A stretch of 63,554 nucleotides of DNA, filler included, from Phoronis australis (GCA_002633005.1; 14 parts of 14 records of this genome joined end to end with filler, not necessarily neighbours in it), one strand, 5' to 3'; counted from the whole stretch's first letter, positions 35,049 through 48,842 are shown. Numbers and translations: made by a program. The notes: a model not told the origin generated them from the letters alone.

Positions 35049-36599
35049 TGAGGAATTGTAGTAAACATGTTTGTTCACTATATCCTGTTATGATTCATGT
35101 ATGTCACTATATAAGTGTATGATCGCATGGATTGTAACAGACTCAGTAGTATCAGCAGAAGAGTATGTAATAAAACTATTATCCTCCTTCAGACTAGTAT
35201 TATCCTTGGACCGCGTTCTCGCACTGTGTCGCGCATTCAACGTTCCTAACCGAACAGAATGCCTTTCACTGCTAGCACATCAACATTATTATAATTATTT
35301 TTATGAATATTACTAATTGTATTTACATTTATGTGTTATGTAATATGGAGAATGTTTGTTCCAGTCTCCATCATCCATGAAGATCACACTTCGCCTGCTG
35401 CTGGCTGGCGGCACCATGTCACTTCAAGATGTCCTTGTAATGGAGTACCGCATGAGTCAGGGCTGTGTTAGGACTTGCGACTTCTACGAGGGTGTGAGAG
35501 CTCGTAAGTCACATGGGAGTGATGAGGAGCATTTTTGCCACTCAAATAGTGAACAAATATCGTGACCATATTCCAAATAAGGGTCTCTCATTCAGCTTTT
35601 ACATGACATCATGTGCAGTTGGCACTACATCACATTTCCCAACCAGCAACTATGACTGTTTCTTACCCTTTGGGATTACAAAAGGCACTTACCACAACAC
35701 CTGGACTTTTACCACTGGCTTCTTTTGTTTGGGTTTTAGGGAAGTGAGATGGGTGTCAAGTGATATGTGCCCACTGGTCAGGGCGACATTCTTTTGTTCC
35801 CATTTTAGATACTAGGGACTGCAAAAACGAAATCAGAACTTGTTTATGGTTTAATTGGCAAGAATTGGGTAATTGCAACAAGAGAAGTATCGCTGATTGT
35901 GACTGCTGTTCCTTTGTTGATCATCCCAACCTCTGTTGTTTATACACAGTGCAGCGCAACTTGACTTGTGCTTATCACCGGTTACCAGTGATCTTAATAC
36001 TGCAAAGAATGCAGAGAAATTTGAATGGGGGAGAGCACGCGTGGCATGTATATTAACTGAAGCTATGATTGGTCAATAATTGTAATAAAGCATGGGCGCA
36101 CCCGGGGGGGGGGGCAGTTGGCCTCGAATGAGCCCTTCCGAATTTGCCGAATTGGGCAAAAAGGTCCACCTCATTGAAATAAAAAGTCCGAGTAACTGAG
36201 ACAAAAGTTCACAAAATCCNNNNNNNNNNNNNNNNNNNNNNNNNNNNNNNNNNNNNNNNNNNNTTAATTAATTAANNNNNNNNNNNNNNNNNNNNNNNNN
36301 NNNNNNNNNNNNNNNNNNNACTAGAAGAATGAAGTTCGCGCCCGCTGTCCCGCTGCCAGAAAGTGACGATCCAATAGGTGATCGCAGTTTAATGATCAAG
36401 TTTTTGCGGGTTTTAGTTGAGAAACGAAATGTGTCGATTTCACCGTCAAAAACCGACACATTTTAAAATGCGCGTTTTCACTTTACGACCCTATATCGTG
36501 TCATATATCCTTCAACCACTAACTGGGAGCTCTCATCATGATGATTGCGTAAGGTTTAGTCCCTTAAACTTCCAGGTATAACTCTAAATTCAACTATAG

Positions 36600-36900
36600 T
36601 ACTCCGGAAGCAAGTGATCGTTCTCGTAGTTCTCCCCACAACGGCTACAACTTCCCTTGCTCAAACGTTCATTCGTTTTAATTCACAAGTCCTCAGTGTC
36701 CGGGCTCGATAACGAGACCCCCCGAGCGTTCCGATTGCAGTAGCCAATAGCATTACCTGGCGCACTAGGAACCCCTCACTAATAGAAGACCAGATAAGAT
36801 TTCGCTAGGTATTGACGTGGGTTAGCCTACTACAAAACATGTGATCACTTGTTAGGTGGACTCGCGAGGCGTGTACGGAGCAAAATCCTGAATTTCAAGT
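36600..36900 (+). promoter_or_regulatory. Candidate CpG-rich promoter
   Basis: CCGGAAG (ETS), GGCTACAACTTCCC (ZNF143-like) and AGCCAATAG (CCAAT box) upstream of a candidate first exon. Confidence 0.4.
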
Positions 36901-36981
36901 TGGAATAGTGCAGTCGTGAACAGCTCCCTGCTGCGTTGTTCCAGTTCAGACGTTAAAAAGGCCTATCTGTCTATCCCAACG

Positions 36982-37080
36982 ATGGATCGCTTTCTTCTGA
37001 TGAAAGAATACGATGAGCAGGAAGAGAAATCGTCGAAAGACATCTGCGAAGTTTACGACGACTGGGACGATTACGAAAAG
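36982..37080 (+). CDS. Possible first coding exon of an unidentified gene (MDRFLLMKEYDEQEEKSSKDICEVYDDWDDYEK)
   Basis: ACG-ATG-G context, acidic protein-like composition, AAG|gtacaa donor, promoter-like sequence upstream. No homology recognised. Confidence 0.35.
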
Positions 37081-40000
37081 GTACAACTTCGTTGCTTAGG
37101 CCTACCGAATTATATACCTGGGCTGAAAACAGTCAGCTGCTTGCTCGCGATGTGCAAGTGTGAACAAAGACCTGCGTCAACTGACCGCCTTGTTCAGCTT
37201 GGTGCAAACTAGCCGAGATTATCCGACCCCGCCGATCGAACATGCAGCGACCCCCATAAAACCGGCGAGCGTGCTAACCATATTAGCTAATACTAGCGAG
37301 TTGCTAACAGTGGCTCATGTGATTCGTTCACTGGAGGCACTCCGGGTATACAACTGACAAAGTGATAGATTTTGACTTGCATGTATGCTTATTGCTTTTA
37401 GTTTTTCTTGGTGAAATGAAATTTCTACAAACCTGCTGCTTTATAGTGAAAAATCAGTGCCAAGCTTCCTAATCAGGCGCCCAGAGCAATGTTGCCTGTA
37501 GGGCTGTAGGCGAGTGATTGAGAGAGCACTTTATATACTATAGTATAACATACATGTTCTATACACTCACTGCAGATTCATCACATTAATGATTGGGGAT
37601 AACGCCGCCTGGAACTCAACATTCAATTTTTTATTCCAGTTCACCAAGTGTTGCTCCTTGGAGCGCTTTCATTTTAGTTTTGTTTCATTGTTTTCACACT
37701 GCAGATCGCAATTTTTATCAGATCCAAATGAAATTTATACACAGCTGCTTAGATGACTAGTTATTCATAGCTGCACCTACGTTATTTGTGCTAGAGATTG
37801 CAATAGCCGGAAGACTTTTGTTATTGAGCGAAACCAGATGCAAGATGGCGCTGTGACGGCCATTTTCAAATTATGCTTACGGAGCTCTAGCTCCGCAGCG
37901 ATTCTTTGACCAAACCTTTTCAAATTTGGTTGATCTCACGTCGGGCTATCTCAATATATTACCTTTAATTTTTTTTCAATTTCACCAAGTTTTGCTCCGC
38001 GGAAATTAAGCTTTCATTTTTACATCCATGGAATGGTGATGGAGTTATTTTAGGTTATTGTTTACATTCTGACTCTTTCACTAGCATACTTAATTGATAT
38101 TATTATTTTCTGAATCCTCACGTCATGGATGATTCCGAAAATTTATTACTTGTACCGAGTGATCTCTTCTTATTCTATAGAGTTGGATTGTAAATACTAA
38201 CATTTTTTAAAATTTGGACTCTCAAAGGAGCCTCGAAAAATTTTCAGCAAGTTTGTTGGCATATTAAAGTAATGGTCCACTGTTTCATTTAGAAAATGGT
38301 ACTTTCTATGCAGCTGAATAACATAATATGACAACTGCAACATGAAATGTATATTTTGAATGAGAGAAAAATGCAAATTCACAAAATCACTATCAGCTGC
38401 TTGCATTAAGTACATAAGTTGACACCATATAACAAAATTAGAAGGATATTTTGATGTCCGAATCAATGTCAATACAGCATTGTCGATGATTGACAAAAAG
38501 TCATTAACTTTTTACATTTTTAATGGAAACTGCAAAATGGGAATTTTACTTTACAAATGTGCGCAAATCTAAGCTCGCCATATTTCAAAGAATTTCGTAA
38601 TCTATTTGAACATCCTTTAATTGCTATATCNCCCTAAAATTTTATTAGGAATCCATTTAACACTGCTCCAGGAACACCTTAATGGAAACTTTTTTGTGGT
38701 TGGAATCTCACACATAGGTCAATTAAAAATGATTTGAGGCATTGTCATTCAATTTCACACTTGTGTTAGCCCATTCGATCTCAGCTACCATGTAATAATG
38801 TTGGCCATGGGTCTTTGGAGACCAGTTCTGCGACCACTGTTTTGGGGGATGGTATTTTTGATTCATGAAATGAAACAAAAAGCTTCAACTTGAACATTTT
38901 CATGAAATAGATTTTTCAATGTGGTCACTTCAATTTGCAAATTGGAATAAAACATTAAAACAATGAAATGAGGTGTGATTGTGCAAATAATACTTCCATA
39001 GTAATAAATAGGCACAGCTTTGTTAATTTTTAACATTAAATACAAATTTCTGAATTTCTGAGTGCCATATGGTGGTGAAATTTGGAAAATTTTGCCTGTT
39101 AATTTGATAGTACATTTACAATGGAAAGCATTTGGATTTCAAAAAGATTCATTAAACTTACTCAAGACTCAGATATTTCATACATTCTTCATTAGGACCA
39201 TTCTTAATAGCAACTTGCATTTCACCAATTCCACGTTTTGTACTTGTGTAAACTGTGAGCATTTTCAATTTAACAAAATTAGGTAAATGCTGAGATTTCA
39301 AGAGAAATATCTGTTGCTTTTTTATCAAAATTAAACAGGAACTAACACCTGTCATTACGGTCATTCAAGAAGAAGACCTTCAAATTTTAGAATGTTTGCA
39401 TTCACTGTAATTTTGTTTTGACTTTCTTTTAAAGGAAATTGTGTTTTTCTAAAAAAGAAATTGATTGCAATGCCAACACTAACCGAAAAAAGGAGCTGGT
39501 TTGTCTCTAGATCTGCGTCATCTTTATTCTACCATCCAGCTGCTTTTCAGAGGATACTCCCCCAGCCTGTTGGTCCCGTCTCCGTGTCCCCTTGGCTAGG
39601 TGTCTCCTTAAACCAATATCTGCCCGCCTAGCCTGGTGAGGGGGTGAGGGGGATAAAATGAGTGACAGATTGGGGCACATGTTAATGAACTGAGTGGAAT
39701 GCAGCATTGTATTAGTTAGGCATGTTATTCAATATAGGCCGTGACATTTCAACCAAGGATCAGCAGTTGCAATGTATGTTATTTTTCTTCTGTTGTAGTT
39801 GACTGATTTTGTCATTCAAACAATGAAAAAGTTCTGTTTTTAAGGACGGATTTAGTTTTTGTATTATCGCAGTGTCTAAAATGGGCAGAAAAGAATGCTG
39901 TCACAAACAGGCAGTGGCTATCACAGGTACTCATCTTTGTTCTATAGTTCCATTCTAAAGATTTTCATTTGGATACAAATGGTGCTGTTGTTTCAGGAGG

Positions 40001-40181
40001 TACACTGAAATGGCGTCCAACTGATATTTCATCCCAATTTTGCATCATCATGCATGTGTGTTGTGCAGCGATCGTTCTCTCNNNNNNNNNNNNNNNNNNN
40101 NNNNNNNNNNNNNNNNNNNNNNNNNTTAATTAATTAANNNNNNNNNNNNNNNNNNNNNNNNNNNNNNNNNNNNNNNNNNNN

Positions 40182-40211
40182 GTGTGTGTGTGTGTGTGTG
40201 TGTTTGTGTGT
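40182..40211. repeat. (GT)n microsatellite
   Basis: Direct reading at the contig start. Confidence 0.95.
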
Positions 40212-40968
40212 CTTACTTTTACCAATTATTATTTGTTGTCTGCTTTATTACATATTTATATTTTTATTTAATTATGTTGTTTTACTTTTAGTATCTTCTA
40301 TTCAATATTTTTTTTTCGTCAGTCTTTCCATGTCTTTCATTTTGTAACTCTGTTTGTTTGTCTTACTGTAAGTATGACCGAGGGCTCCCATGGAAAGCAG
40401 TGGGGACTGATGGGGTTTCCCTCACTGTAAATATTACAATAAAATAAAATAAACAAGTAGCGCCACCTGTTAAGTAACAATCTGTATTGTATCCAGTTCA
40501 TCATTTTGAAATACTGGACAATACAAAACACTACATGACATTTGAAAAGTTCCCGTTATGACTTATATTTTAAAAAGCAAAACACACAATTGATTTAGTT
40601 CACAACATGTGGCACTTAAGCTAAAACAGAAATTTTTGTCATCACGATGAACACATCACACGACATGAGTCGCAATCATCATGTACCCTGCAGTTTTTCA
40701 TAATTAAATTTTTGCTTTCAACTGAATTGTTTTCGCCACAAAAATTCACAAATTCCTGAACGCACTCACTCAATATATGGAACAATTTCACCCATTTAGG
40801 ACAAAACATGGTGGACAAGAGAAATTAATTTTTTTCATTTCTTAATTGTGAGCGTTCACAACAAAGTAGCCTTTCAAAATGAAAACGTCAATTTTATGCA
40901 AATATTAAAATTTTAGTCCATATTTTAGTGAGATTTTACTGTAATTTGAAATAAATTTCTCAGCTTAC

Positions 40969-41134
40969 CTCTCAGGAGACAGCACGTATTTCTGAGTGGC
41001 CTTTGTACCCCAAGCCTCAAACAGAGACATCCAACTGACTGTGTCCTCAGGACAGTTAATTAATGACAAGCGCGTGATGGAGGATGGGGATGCGTGTAAC
41101 AAGTCACACATCTCAAAGATCATCGACGTGTTGT
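40969..41134 (-). CDS. DNHD1: DNHD1-like dynein heavy chain exon (end of AAA2)
   Basis: ttacag| ... AG|gtaagc, phase 1-2. DNTSMIFEMCDLLHASPSSITRLSLINCPEDTVSWMSLFEAW matches dynein FEV.DL..ASPATVSR. Confidence 0.88.
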
Positions 41135-41723
41135 CTGTAACACAATATTGACCTCGCCATTATTCTGCCATCAAAAGTTCACTAGATACGTGACACACCA
41201 CCAAATAACACCTCAACATACAGTACTGGACACACGTAATAAGACAAAATACCGTTTTCCCGTCACGATGGCCTATTCTCTTTACAGCAAAAATTACTGG
41301 TAAAAACTACCACGGCAGCAACTTTCCAATTTCAGAATGGCTTAGTTACCTTAACGACTTTCATATTAATTCCCCTTAGTCATTCTCTACTCTGATGTTG
41401 ACTTCACCTTCCGCCCAGCTGTCACGACATAGCACACCGAGTGATTTTGTCTGAGTACTTTTTACTAGTTCTGTATTTTGGCATTACCAAACTGCTCAAT
41501 CAAAGCAATAGTATGTACATACAACTAATATGAAAATTACCTTCAGTCATAACTCTTACGCAAATCACAACCATTATTTTCATTTTGCAATTATTTCTTC
41601 TGAAAGCAATAACAGCAAATAATTACACCCTATCACACATAGAGGTATTTATATCAACTGACCACAAAACAATTCTCACCAGGTACTGCATCATTACAAT
41701 ACAATACAAAAAGTACAACCTAC

Positions 41724-41994
41724 CATCAATAAACACTGTCTCGCCATTGGCTGCTAGAAGGCGGTGGGAGGGGTCTAAGAGACCGTTCAGTCCATCAACC
41801 CAGCTGGCATCCATCTCTCCATCTAGGACAACCCACTTATTTATAATAGAGGGTGCTGTTATGGGCAGCTTGTTTTTCTTCTCATCAAAATTGTCAATGA
41901 AGTGTACAGCTGAGGTAAACTTATGATGAGAGTCTTGCAAGACACGCAGCAACAGGCCATCGTTCCAACGGCCATCTTGGAAACAACCATACAA
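41724..41994 (-). CDS. DNHD1: DNHD1-like dynein heavy chain AAA2 exon
   Basis: tttcag| ... G|gtaggt. LYGCFQDGRWNDGLLLRVL...KWVVLDGEMDASWVDGLNGLLDPSHRLLAANGETV matches the dynein pattern KWIVFDG.VD..WIE.LN.VLDDNK.L.L.NGE; its divergence pattern fits DNHD1. Confidence 0.88.
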
Positions 41995-42354
41995 CTGAAA
42001 TGCAGGAACCGACACAATCACAACTTCACATTGCCACCTTTGAAACAAGACTAAAAACAAACAAATTAATTAAAGACTTACAAACCAAAAGTTCCAAGTG
42101 GGAACCATACACCAGAAAAAAGTAAACATTAACATGCTTATTACAAACAAAGTAATACAACTGAGAAAAATTTGTAACGAACCAGACAACTACAAATAAC
42201 ATGTGAAACTCCAGTGGCATGAAAACGAGGCAGCAAATGTGCCTGACGGATGTTTACGGCATTGTGGGTAAATACAGCGAGATTCAAGTGTCGCTGTGTA
42301 ATCCAGGACTTCCCCGTTCCTGCAAGTGAATTTTTCAGCTTATGGAGCTTATAC

Positions 42355-42540
42355 CTCAGCTGGAGTTCTCCCTGTCGGGTTAAGCGTCAAAACTTCCACC
42401 TTTGGATAGCGAGCCTTGAAAATAACGTTGTCAATCATGTTGGTTGCCATGGCAGTGGCCTTGCCATAGGACGTCATCTTCTTCCACCGTCCCATGGCCT
42501 GTACTTGCGTCTTGGACTTGCTCACTTCACCCTGCAAGAG
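42355..42540 (-). CDS. DNHD1: Dynein heavy chain domain-containing protein 1-like exon (alternative in-frame acceptor at 42531)
   Basis: ccgtag| or ttgcag| acceptor, GAG|gtataa donor. Ends ARYPKVEVLTLNPTGRTPAE and joins in phase 0 to LYG of the next exon (dynein AAA2 NPK..T..ELYG). Confidence 0.8.
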
Positions 42541-42961
42541 CTACGGAGAGAAGGATTCTATTACTAAAATTCAGAGTAGACAATACCTCTTCCTGATGGA
42601 ACACTTAAAGGCATTCTTGCTAACAGCTTTCTTTTTTGTATGAGGTGCATTTTTTTTCTCAAGTGATGCAAAATTTTTAGTACAAATGCAATTATTTTCT
42701 CATTAAGCACATGTGTAGCCAATAGTGTACAGACAGACCTGATACACTGTACCTGACAAATGCTACATAGTGTCAATCAAGTGTAACCCCGCCTCCTGTC
42801 AGTCATGAATGGAATGTGGTCAATGAGGAAACCACTGAATATGGAAGATTGAAATTGTGGTTGGCAAGAGAAGAACTACAGCCCAAAAGCCTAGCATTAT
42901 ATCAATGAGAAAAGGACAGCGTTAATAAGAATGCCCTTGTGTATCATGGGGGGGAAGAAGA

Positions 42962-43060
42962 TTGTTTAACTTGTGACCCAGAAACATTGACCTTTGTTTA
43001 ACTTGTGACCCAGAAACATTGACCTTTGTTTAATTAATGACCCGGAAACATTACTCTTTC
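42962..43060. repeat. Short tandem repeat, about 32-bp unit, 3 copies
   Basis: TTGTTTAACTTGTGACCCAGAAACATTGACCT twice plus a diverged third copy. Confidence 0.9.
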
Positions 43061-43628
43061 CATTTCCGGCAAGTGCTTTCAAAAAGTTGCTTTAAAAAAT
43101 TTCAGAAAAACACTCAGTTAACAGATTATTTACAATTTTGTCTTGAACTGGTTGAGAAATTTCAAGCCATTTTCTTACAATCCAACAACAAATGACACTG
43201 GAAGAGAGTAGGAACTACAGGCATTTCCAAGTCTCACGAGTCGGCCATATTGCAAGCTAAATTGTTCTCAAAAGCAGCGACTGCTAATTCGCATGTGAAT
43301 TTCACCAATAGAGAACTTCAAACATAGACTACATTCACCAATTTAACCTTATGTGTCACACAAAAGAACACCTAATAGGATTTATGTTAGGACATGTGGA
43401 CATGTCCTTGCTTTAGAAGGCCTGTAAACGACTCCAATTTAAAGCTGCGTTTGGGCCTGTTTAGCTGGCTCAAAACAAAACTCAGGGCAAGCCTTTTAAT
43501 CTCATTGTGTAATAAAACATGCCCGCATNNNNNNNNNNNNNNNNNNNNNNNNNNNNNNNNNNNNNNNNNNNNTTAATTAATTAANNNNNNNNNNNNNNNN
43601 NNNNNNNNNNNNNNNNNNNNNNNNNNNN

Positions 43629-44619
43629 AAAAAAAAAAAAAAACTGCCACTAGGAGGTGCCACAGTAGTCCAAATCGTCTGAAAATCATCGTCAACCGTC
43701 CTCTATATAGTAAGCATATACATGCCAATTTTCACAAGCATCCTTCGAGCGGTTTGGTTGATAGAGGGGTGGACGCACAAAAACAGACTCGAAAACACTA
43801 AAAATGGCCACTAGGTGGCGCAAACTATGTCGAATCCATCTGAAAACAGGAGGATAGCATCATCTCACTAATAGGTGACTACATACCAAATTTCATGAAA
43901 ATCCGTTAAGGACTTTTGAAGATACAAAGGTAAGCGTAAAAAAATTAAAATTGCCACTAGGGGGCACACCGGTAGTCGGATCCGTCCAAAAGTCGTCATC
44001 TTCGTTGTTAACATCATATAAATATACTTACACAATTTCGTAACGATCCTGCTAACGGTTTAAGAGATACAGCCATAGGCGCAAAAAAACAAAACTGCCA
44101 CTAGGAGGCGCCACAGTGGTCGAAATCGTCGGAAAATCATCGTCAACTATCCTCTACATAGTAAGCATATACATGCCAATTTTCACAATCATCCTTTGAG
44201 CAGTTTGGTTGATAGATGGGTGGACGCACAAAAACAGACTCGAAAACAATAAAAATGGCCACTAGGTGGCGGAAACTACGTCGAATCCATCTGAAATCGG
44301 GAGGATCGCGTCATCTCACTAATAGGTGCCTACACACCAAATTTCATGAAAATCCTTTCAGGACTTTTGAAGATACAAAGGTAAGCGTAAAAAAGTAAAA
44401 TTGCCACTAGGGGGCACACCAGTAGTCGGATCTGTCCGAAAGTTCGCACATGCCGTCCCATTCATGAATGGAACATATGTGCCAAATTTCATGAACGTAT
44501 GTGAAAGGGTTTTGGAGATAAAGCAGCGGACGGCGGACGCCGGACGGACGACGCCCAGACGGACGGACGGAGATGACGGCATAATGCGTCCACATATAAA
44601 TATGTGGGCACATAAAAAA
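43629..44619 (+). mobile_element. Helentron-associated (HINE/DINE-1-like) element with a higher-order tandem array (about 150-bp subunits, about 450-bp period)
   Basis: GCCACTAG(G/A)-anchored subunits in an ABC-ABC pattern, then a (GGAC)n-like microsatellite, a hairpin CCACATAT-aa-ATATGTGG-like end and ATAAAAA. Confidence 0.7.
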
Positions 44620-46147
44620 GACAAACACAAAGAAAATCTAAATTGCCACTAGAGGATTGCCACAGAAGTCAGACCCACCCAAAATCAATGTCAGGTGCAC
44701 TATCCTCACCCAAGGTGTGGTCAAAAAAACAAAATTGCCAAGTACTAGGGGACGCACCCTCTCATCCATGATAGAATTAATAGTTTGCAATATTTCACGA
44801 ATATCCATCAAGGGGCAGTGGGAACTCGACAACAGCACACAGAGATTACGGTATGATGCATATTGTGGGCGATACAAAGACATGGTCACATGACCCGATC
44901 ACGCCTTGAAGGGCTGCTAAATTGAATAGTTTTGTAGACATTTAGCTGAATGCACAGTCTTGCCAATCATAAGGTCCTACACAATCTTAAAACACACCCA
45001 ATCCTTCCAAATTACCAGACAGTGAAGGCTGCAGGAGTGGGAAGGACTTGCAGATACAGCCATTCACAAGTCTTTCAAACATTTGATTGGAATTTGGGTT
45101 GGCAACACAATGGAACCAGACAGCTTAACTGATGATATACCAGATAAAATGTTAAGCCTTTAAGAGTACACCAGACTTTTCAGTTGCACAGTTGCAATAC
45201 CCTTAAACTTGCACACATTACCTTATATATGTAACTCTAATTACCCTGCACACAACCTGGCATAGTGCAATTACCATGTGAAAATAGGGGGGGATAATCA
45301 TGCGTATCTTTCAAGTTCATTTTTACGAGGGATACAACTTTGCCAGGATTCTGATTTCCACCAAATTTTGATGGATTAATAGAGGGGGACTAATTCATGG
45401 TTTGATGATTCAATAAGAATTAGTATTGTTATCTGTATCACTGTATCATAAAACCTCTGGTGTTCAGTCATGCATGTTTTGTAAAACACTGACTGAGTTG
45501 TGTCAGTGTCTGCCAATAAAGGTGTGGCATAACTTTCCCATATTCCCGAAAATCCTTTGGGGACACAACAGCCGTTGGTGCAATTAAATTTAGTTTTTCC
45601 AGAAATATTTTTGAGATTTTAAAATACTTGGGAATGCTATAATCCATAAAGTTCACACTTACAGCAGTGCCAATCCCTTGTGAGTATTTTTCAATGAAAT
45701 TTTTACTAGTCCTGAATATTTATGCATGAGGACACTCTCTGAATTAATACTTGGGGAAATGACCATGCTTGGTTACCGTAGATTCAAATAAAACACCCAT
45801 GATTAAGTGTGTCATAAAACCACCAGTGTCAGTGTCTGTCCATAGCTGGGACATCACCAGAATTCTTGAATCGTTTGGGAACAATGTAGGGAAATGCTCA
45901 CTGTTTAATCCAATGCTATTATCATGAAATATTTCAGGGACTTCAAAAAACATGAGAAGAGCACAAGAGTTTTTCATGTGCATGGCAGTCAGTAGAAATT
46001 ACAATAATTGTAACTTTTATTGAAGGACTGAGGTATTACATACAGCTAAAATGAAGTAGCAGTGAATAAAATCCAAATTGCCAGCTCAGATCTAATACCC
46101 AATAGCCATACAAAGACTGAGAATAACCTCAAACCAATCAATACTAA

Positions 46148-47358
46148 ATACGAGAGCGCTCGGAGGAGCGACACTTGGCGGAACTAATCGAAAAGACGAC
46201 AATGAGGGAGACGACGACAATCAAGACGATCAAGGCGTTAATTATGGATAACACGATAACACGATAACATTCATGTGACTAGCGAAGAAATCAAATAGAG
46301 AGCAGACAATCAACTACAATAAAGAACAATAGATGGCCCAGCATGACGGACGAGTCATGTCTGTTCCCACATTCTGAAATAGGTGGCGCTATGTGACAGT
46401 CTGCAAAGCAAAGTTATGTTTACAATAAGTATTTGCCTTGGAACTGTACGAGCTATGCCACAGTAGGACACTGCTGGCTGGGTCAGTCTGGGTCAACTAG
46501 GCATAACCAAAACAAAGTGAACTTAAAGCCAGCCAGCTGCGTGTGATAACTGAAAGCCAGCCAGCTGCGTGCATACGTGACCGAAGGAACAACGGTATCA
46601 GAAAATCTCGAATAATTCAAAAAGTAGACGTCGTAGCGCAAAATGGAAATTATCATCTGAAAACCCATTCAAAACTCTATCTAAAGTGTTAGTTTGTCAA
46701 ACACGATAACATTCATGTGACTAGCGAAAAAATCAAATAGAGAGCATACAATCAACTACAATAAAGAACAATAGATAGCGCAACATGACGGACGAGCCAT
46801 GCTTTACAGTACGACAGTGCTGGCTGGGTCAGTCTGGGTCAACTAGGCATAACCAAAACAAAGTGAACTGAAAGCCAGCCACCTGCGCGCTTGCATAGGA
46901 ACAACGGTATCCAAAAATCTCGAATAATTCAAAAAGTAGACGTCGTAGCGCAAAATGGAAAATATCTTCTGAAAGCCCGTTCAAATCTCTATCTAAAGTG
47001 GTAGTTTGGCAAAAATCCAAAAAATTTTTGAGAAAATTGAAAATTTGCCGTTTTTTTTGAAATTCAAAGTCAAATAACTCGAAAACGGTAAGTTTGAGAA
47101 ATACGCTCTCGCAGACTTTTTGAAAGGCCATACTTCAAGGAATCCACATGCAAAAATTCAAGTCATTTGCTCTTTCCATAAAAAATGCGACACCAGAGCG
47201 ATTGAAACCGTGTGAACATGCCCCACAGCCGCCATCTTGAAGGTGACTTCCGGTTCAATAATTTTTTATAAAAGCTTATTAAACTCAACAAACACGTGAC
47301 CAGTTTGAAAGTGATTGGTTTGCAATTGCGCCCTCTACAGGAGAAAACGTTTTTAGCC
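46148..47358 (+). mobile_element. Interspersed repeat (Helentron-like) with internal duplication; reverse-complement copy at 62837-63554
   Basis: 46611-47358 aligns by eye to the reverse complement of 62837-63554. The start GAGAGCGCTCGGAGGAGCGACACTTGG also appears inverted at about 37635-37670. Confidence 0.8.
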
Positions 47359-47458
47359 NNNNNNNNNNNNNNNNNNNNNNNNNNNNNNNNNNNNNNNNNN
47401 NNTTAATTAATTAANNNNNNNNNNNNNNNNNNNNNNNNNNNNNNNNNNNNNNNNNNNN

Positions 47459-48611
47459 ACATATCCCTGTGTTAAGTTTTATTGAAATCTGTTAATCAAT
47501 TGTCTAAAAATTACCAAGAAATGCTCTTCCTAGAAACTACTGAAAAGCACCTTCCCTATTCCCAGGGCAAATTCATGAGTTGAAAAGCTACATGCCCAGC
47601 ACCCTCGTGCCAAACTTCATCAAAACACGATCAGGAGTAGCTGAGATATGGAGCAGACAACTGGGCAACTGGACAACCACACAAAACCAGCCCACGGAGA
47701 CAAAAATTGACTGGTTCCCATATATTGCCATCACATACCTGTGTCAAGTTTCATTGAAATCTGCCACCAATTGGTTCTATAGACATCATCCCCTGACCAA
47801 GGGGGCTGATCAAATTGAAAACTGGCACGCACCGACCAAGCAATCCCCTACACCTCGTGCCAAATTTCATCAAAATACAAGCAGCTGTTTTATTGAGATA
47901 CCAAGCAAACAACTGATCAACAGCACAAACAGACAAAATGACAACTACGGGGTACCTGAAACTGAGTAAAATTCGACCAGTGCCAATGGAATGCCATCAC
48001 ATACCCCTCTACTAAGTTTCATCGACATCTGTCAATTGAGTATCTAAACATCGTCCGAAAACACCCTTCCACATCAAAAAGTACAGAGAAAGCACCTTGT
48101 CCAGGTCAAAACAGCCACTACGGAGTGTTGCAGTGGTAGAATATAAAAGAAAATCAACTGGTGCAGCACATTGTTGTAGCATTCTTCTTTGTCAAGTGTC
48201 GTTGAAATTTGTCCATTGGCTCCCAAGTTATCATGCAGAAAATCTCGTCCCCTAAATATGGCTGAAAAAGCTCCTTGTCGAGACCAAAATGAGACCAGGA
48301 CTGCTTCAGTGGTCAAAGCCACCCGAAAATTAGCTGGTGTCGGTGCACTGTTGTAACATACCTCTGTGTCAAGTCTCACTGAAATCTAATTACCAGTTCA
48401 CCAGATATCACCTGGAAACTCTCTTCCCCAGAACACTGAAAAGCCCCCACCACATAAGCCCTGGGCAGATTGAAAAGCGGAGTGCATCATTCTAGTGATG
48501 CACTACTTGTGCCAAATGTCATCAAGATCCAACCAGAGATTTCTTTGATATATTGAGGACACCAGGACACACTGATGACAATGTGCAACCACATATATGA
48601 GCACATAAAAA
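47459..48611 (+). mobile_element. Degenerate HINE-like element with diverged tandem subunits (intronic relative to ARID2)
   Basis: Recurring GTGCCAAA(T/C)TTCATCAA and AAGTTTCA(T/C)TGAAATCT motifs, and a terminal ATGTGC...GCACATAAAAA hairpin end. Confidence 0.55.
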
Positions 48612-48683
48612 GAATGTAATCAATGTGTTTCCACGCACCCCTCTCACACGATGGAATCAGCCAGTTTTGTTGAACAGTGTTAC

Positions 48684-48842
48684 CTGCAGGGCAATGTTTC
48701 CTAGAGTATCCAAGCCGATCTGTTTCAAAGACGAGTACTTGTTATGGGCACACAGCATCAAGAACCGGAATGCTGTGGGATGATTGGCCAACACCAAGCT
48801 GTTCTCTTGCTCAAATGAAAGATTCCGCAGAATCACCGCGAT
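48684..48842 (-). CDS. ARID2: ARID2 (BAF200) exon
   Basis: ttgcag| ... CAG|gtaaca, 53 codons. [53 protein letters not shown] (compare [14 protein letters not shown]...[13 protein letters not shown]). Confidence 0.95.

Noticed and set aside
35330-36056. Cys-rich ORFs downstream of the Copia LTR
   Set aside because: Stops in all frames and no motif I can recognise.
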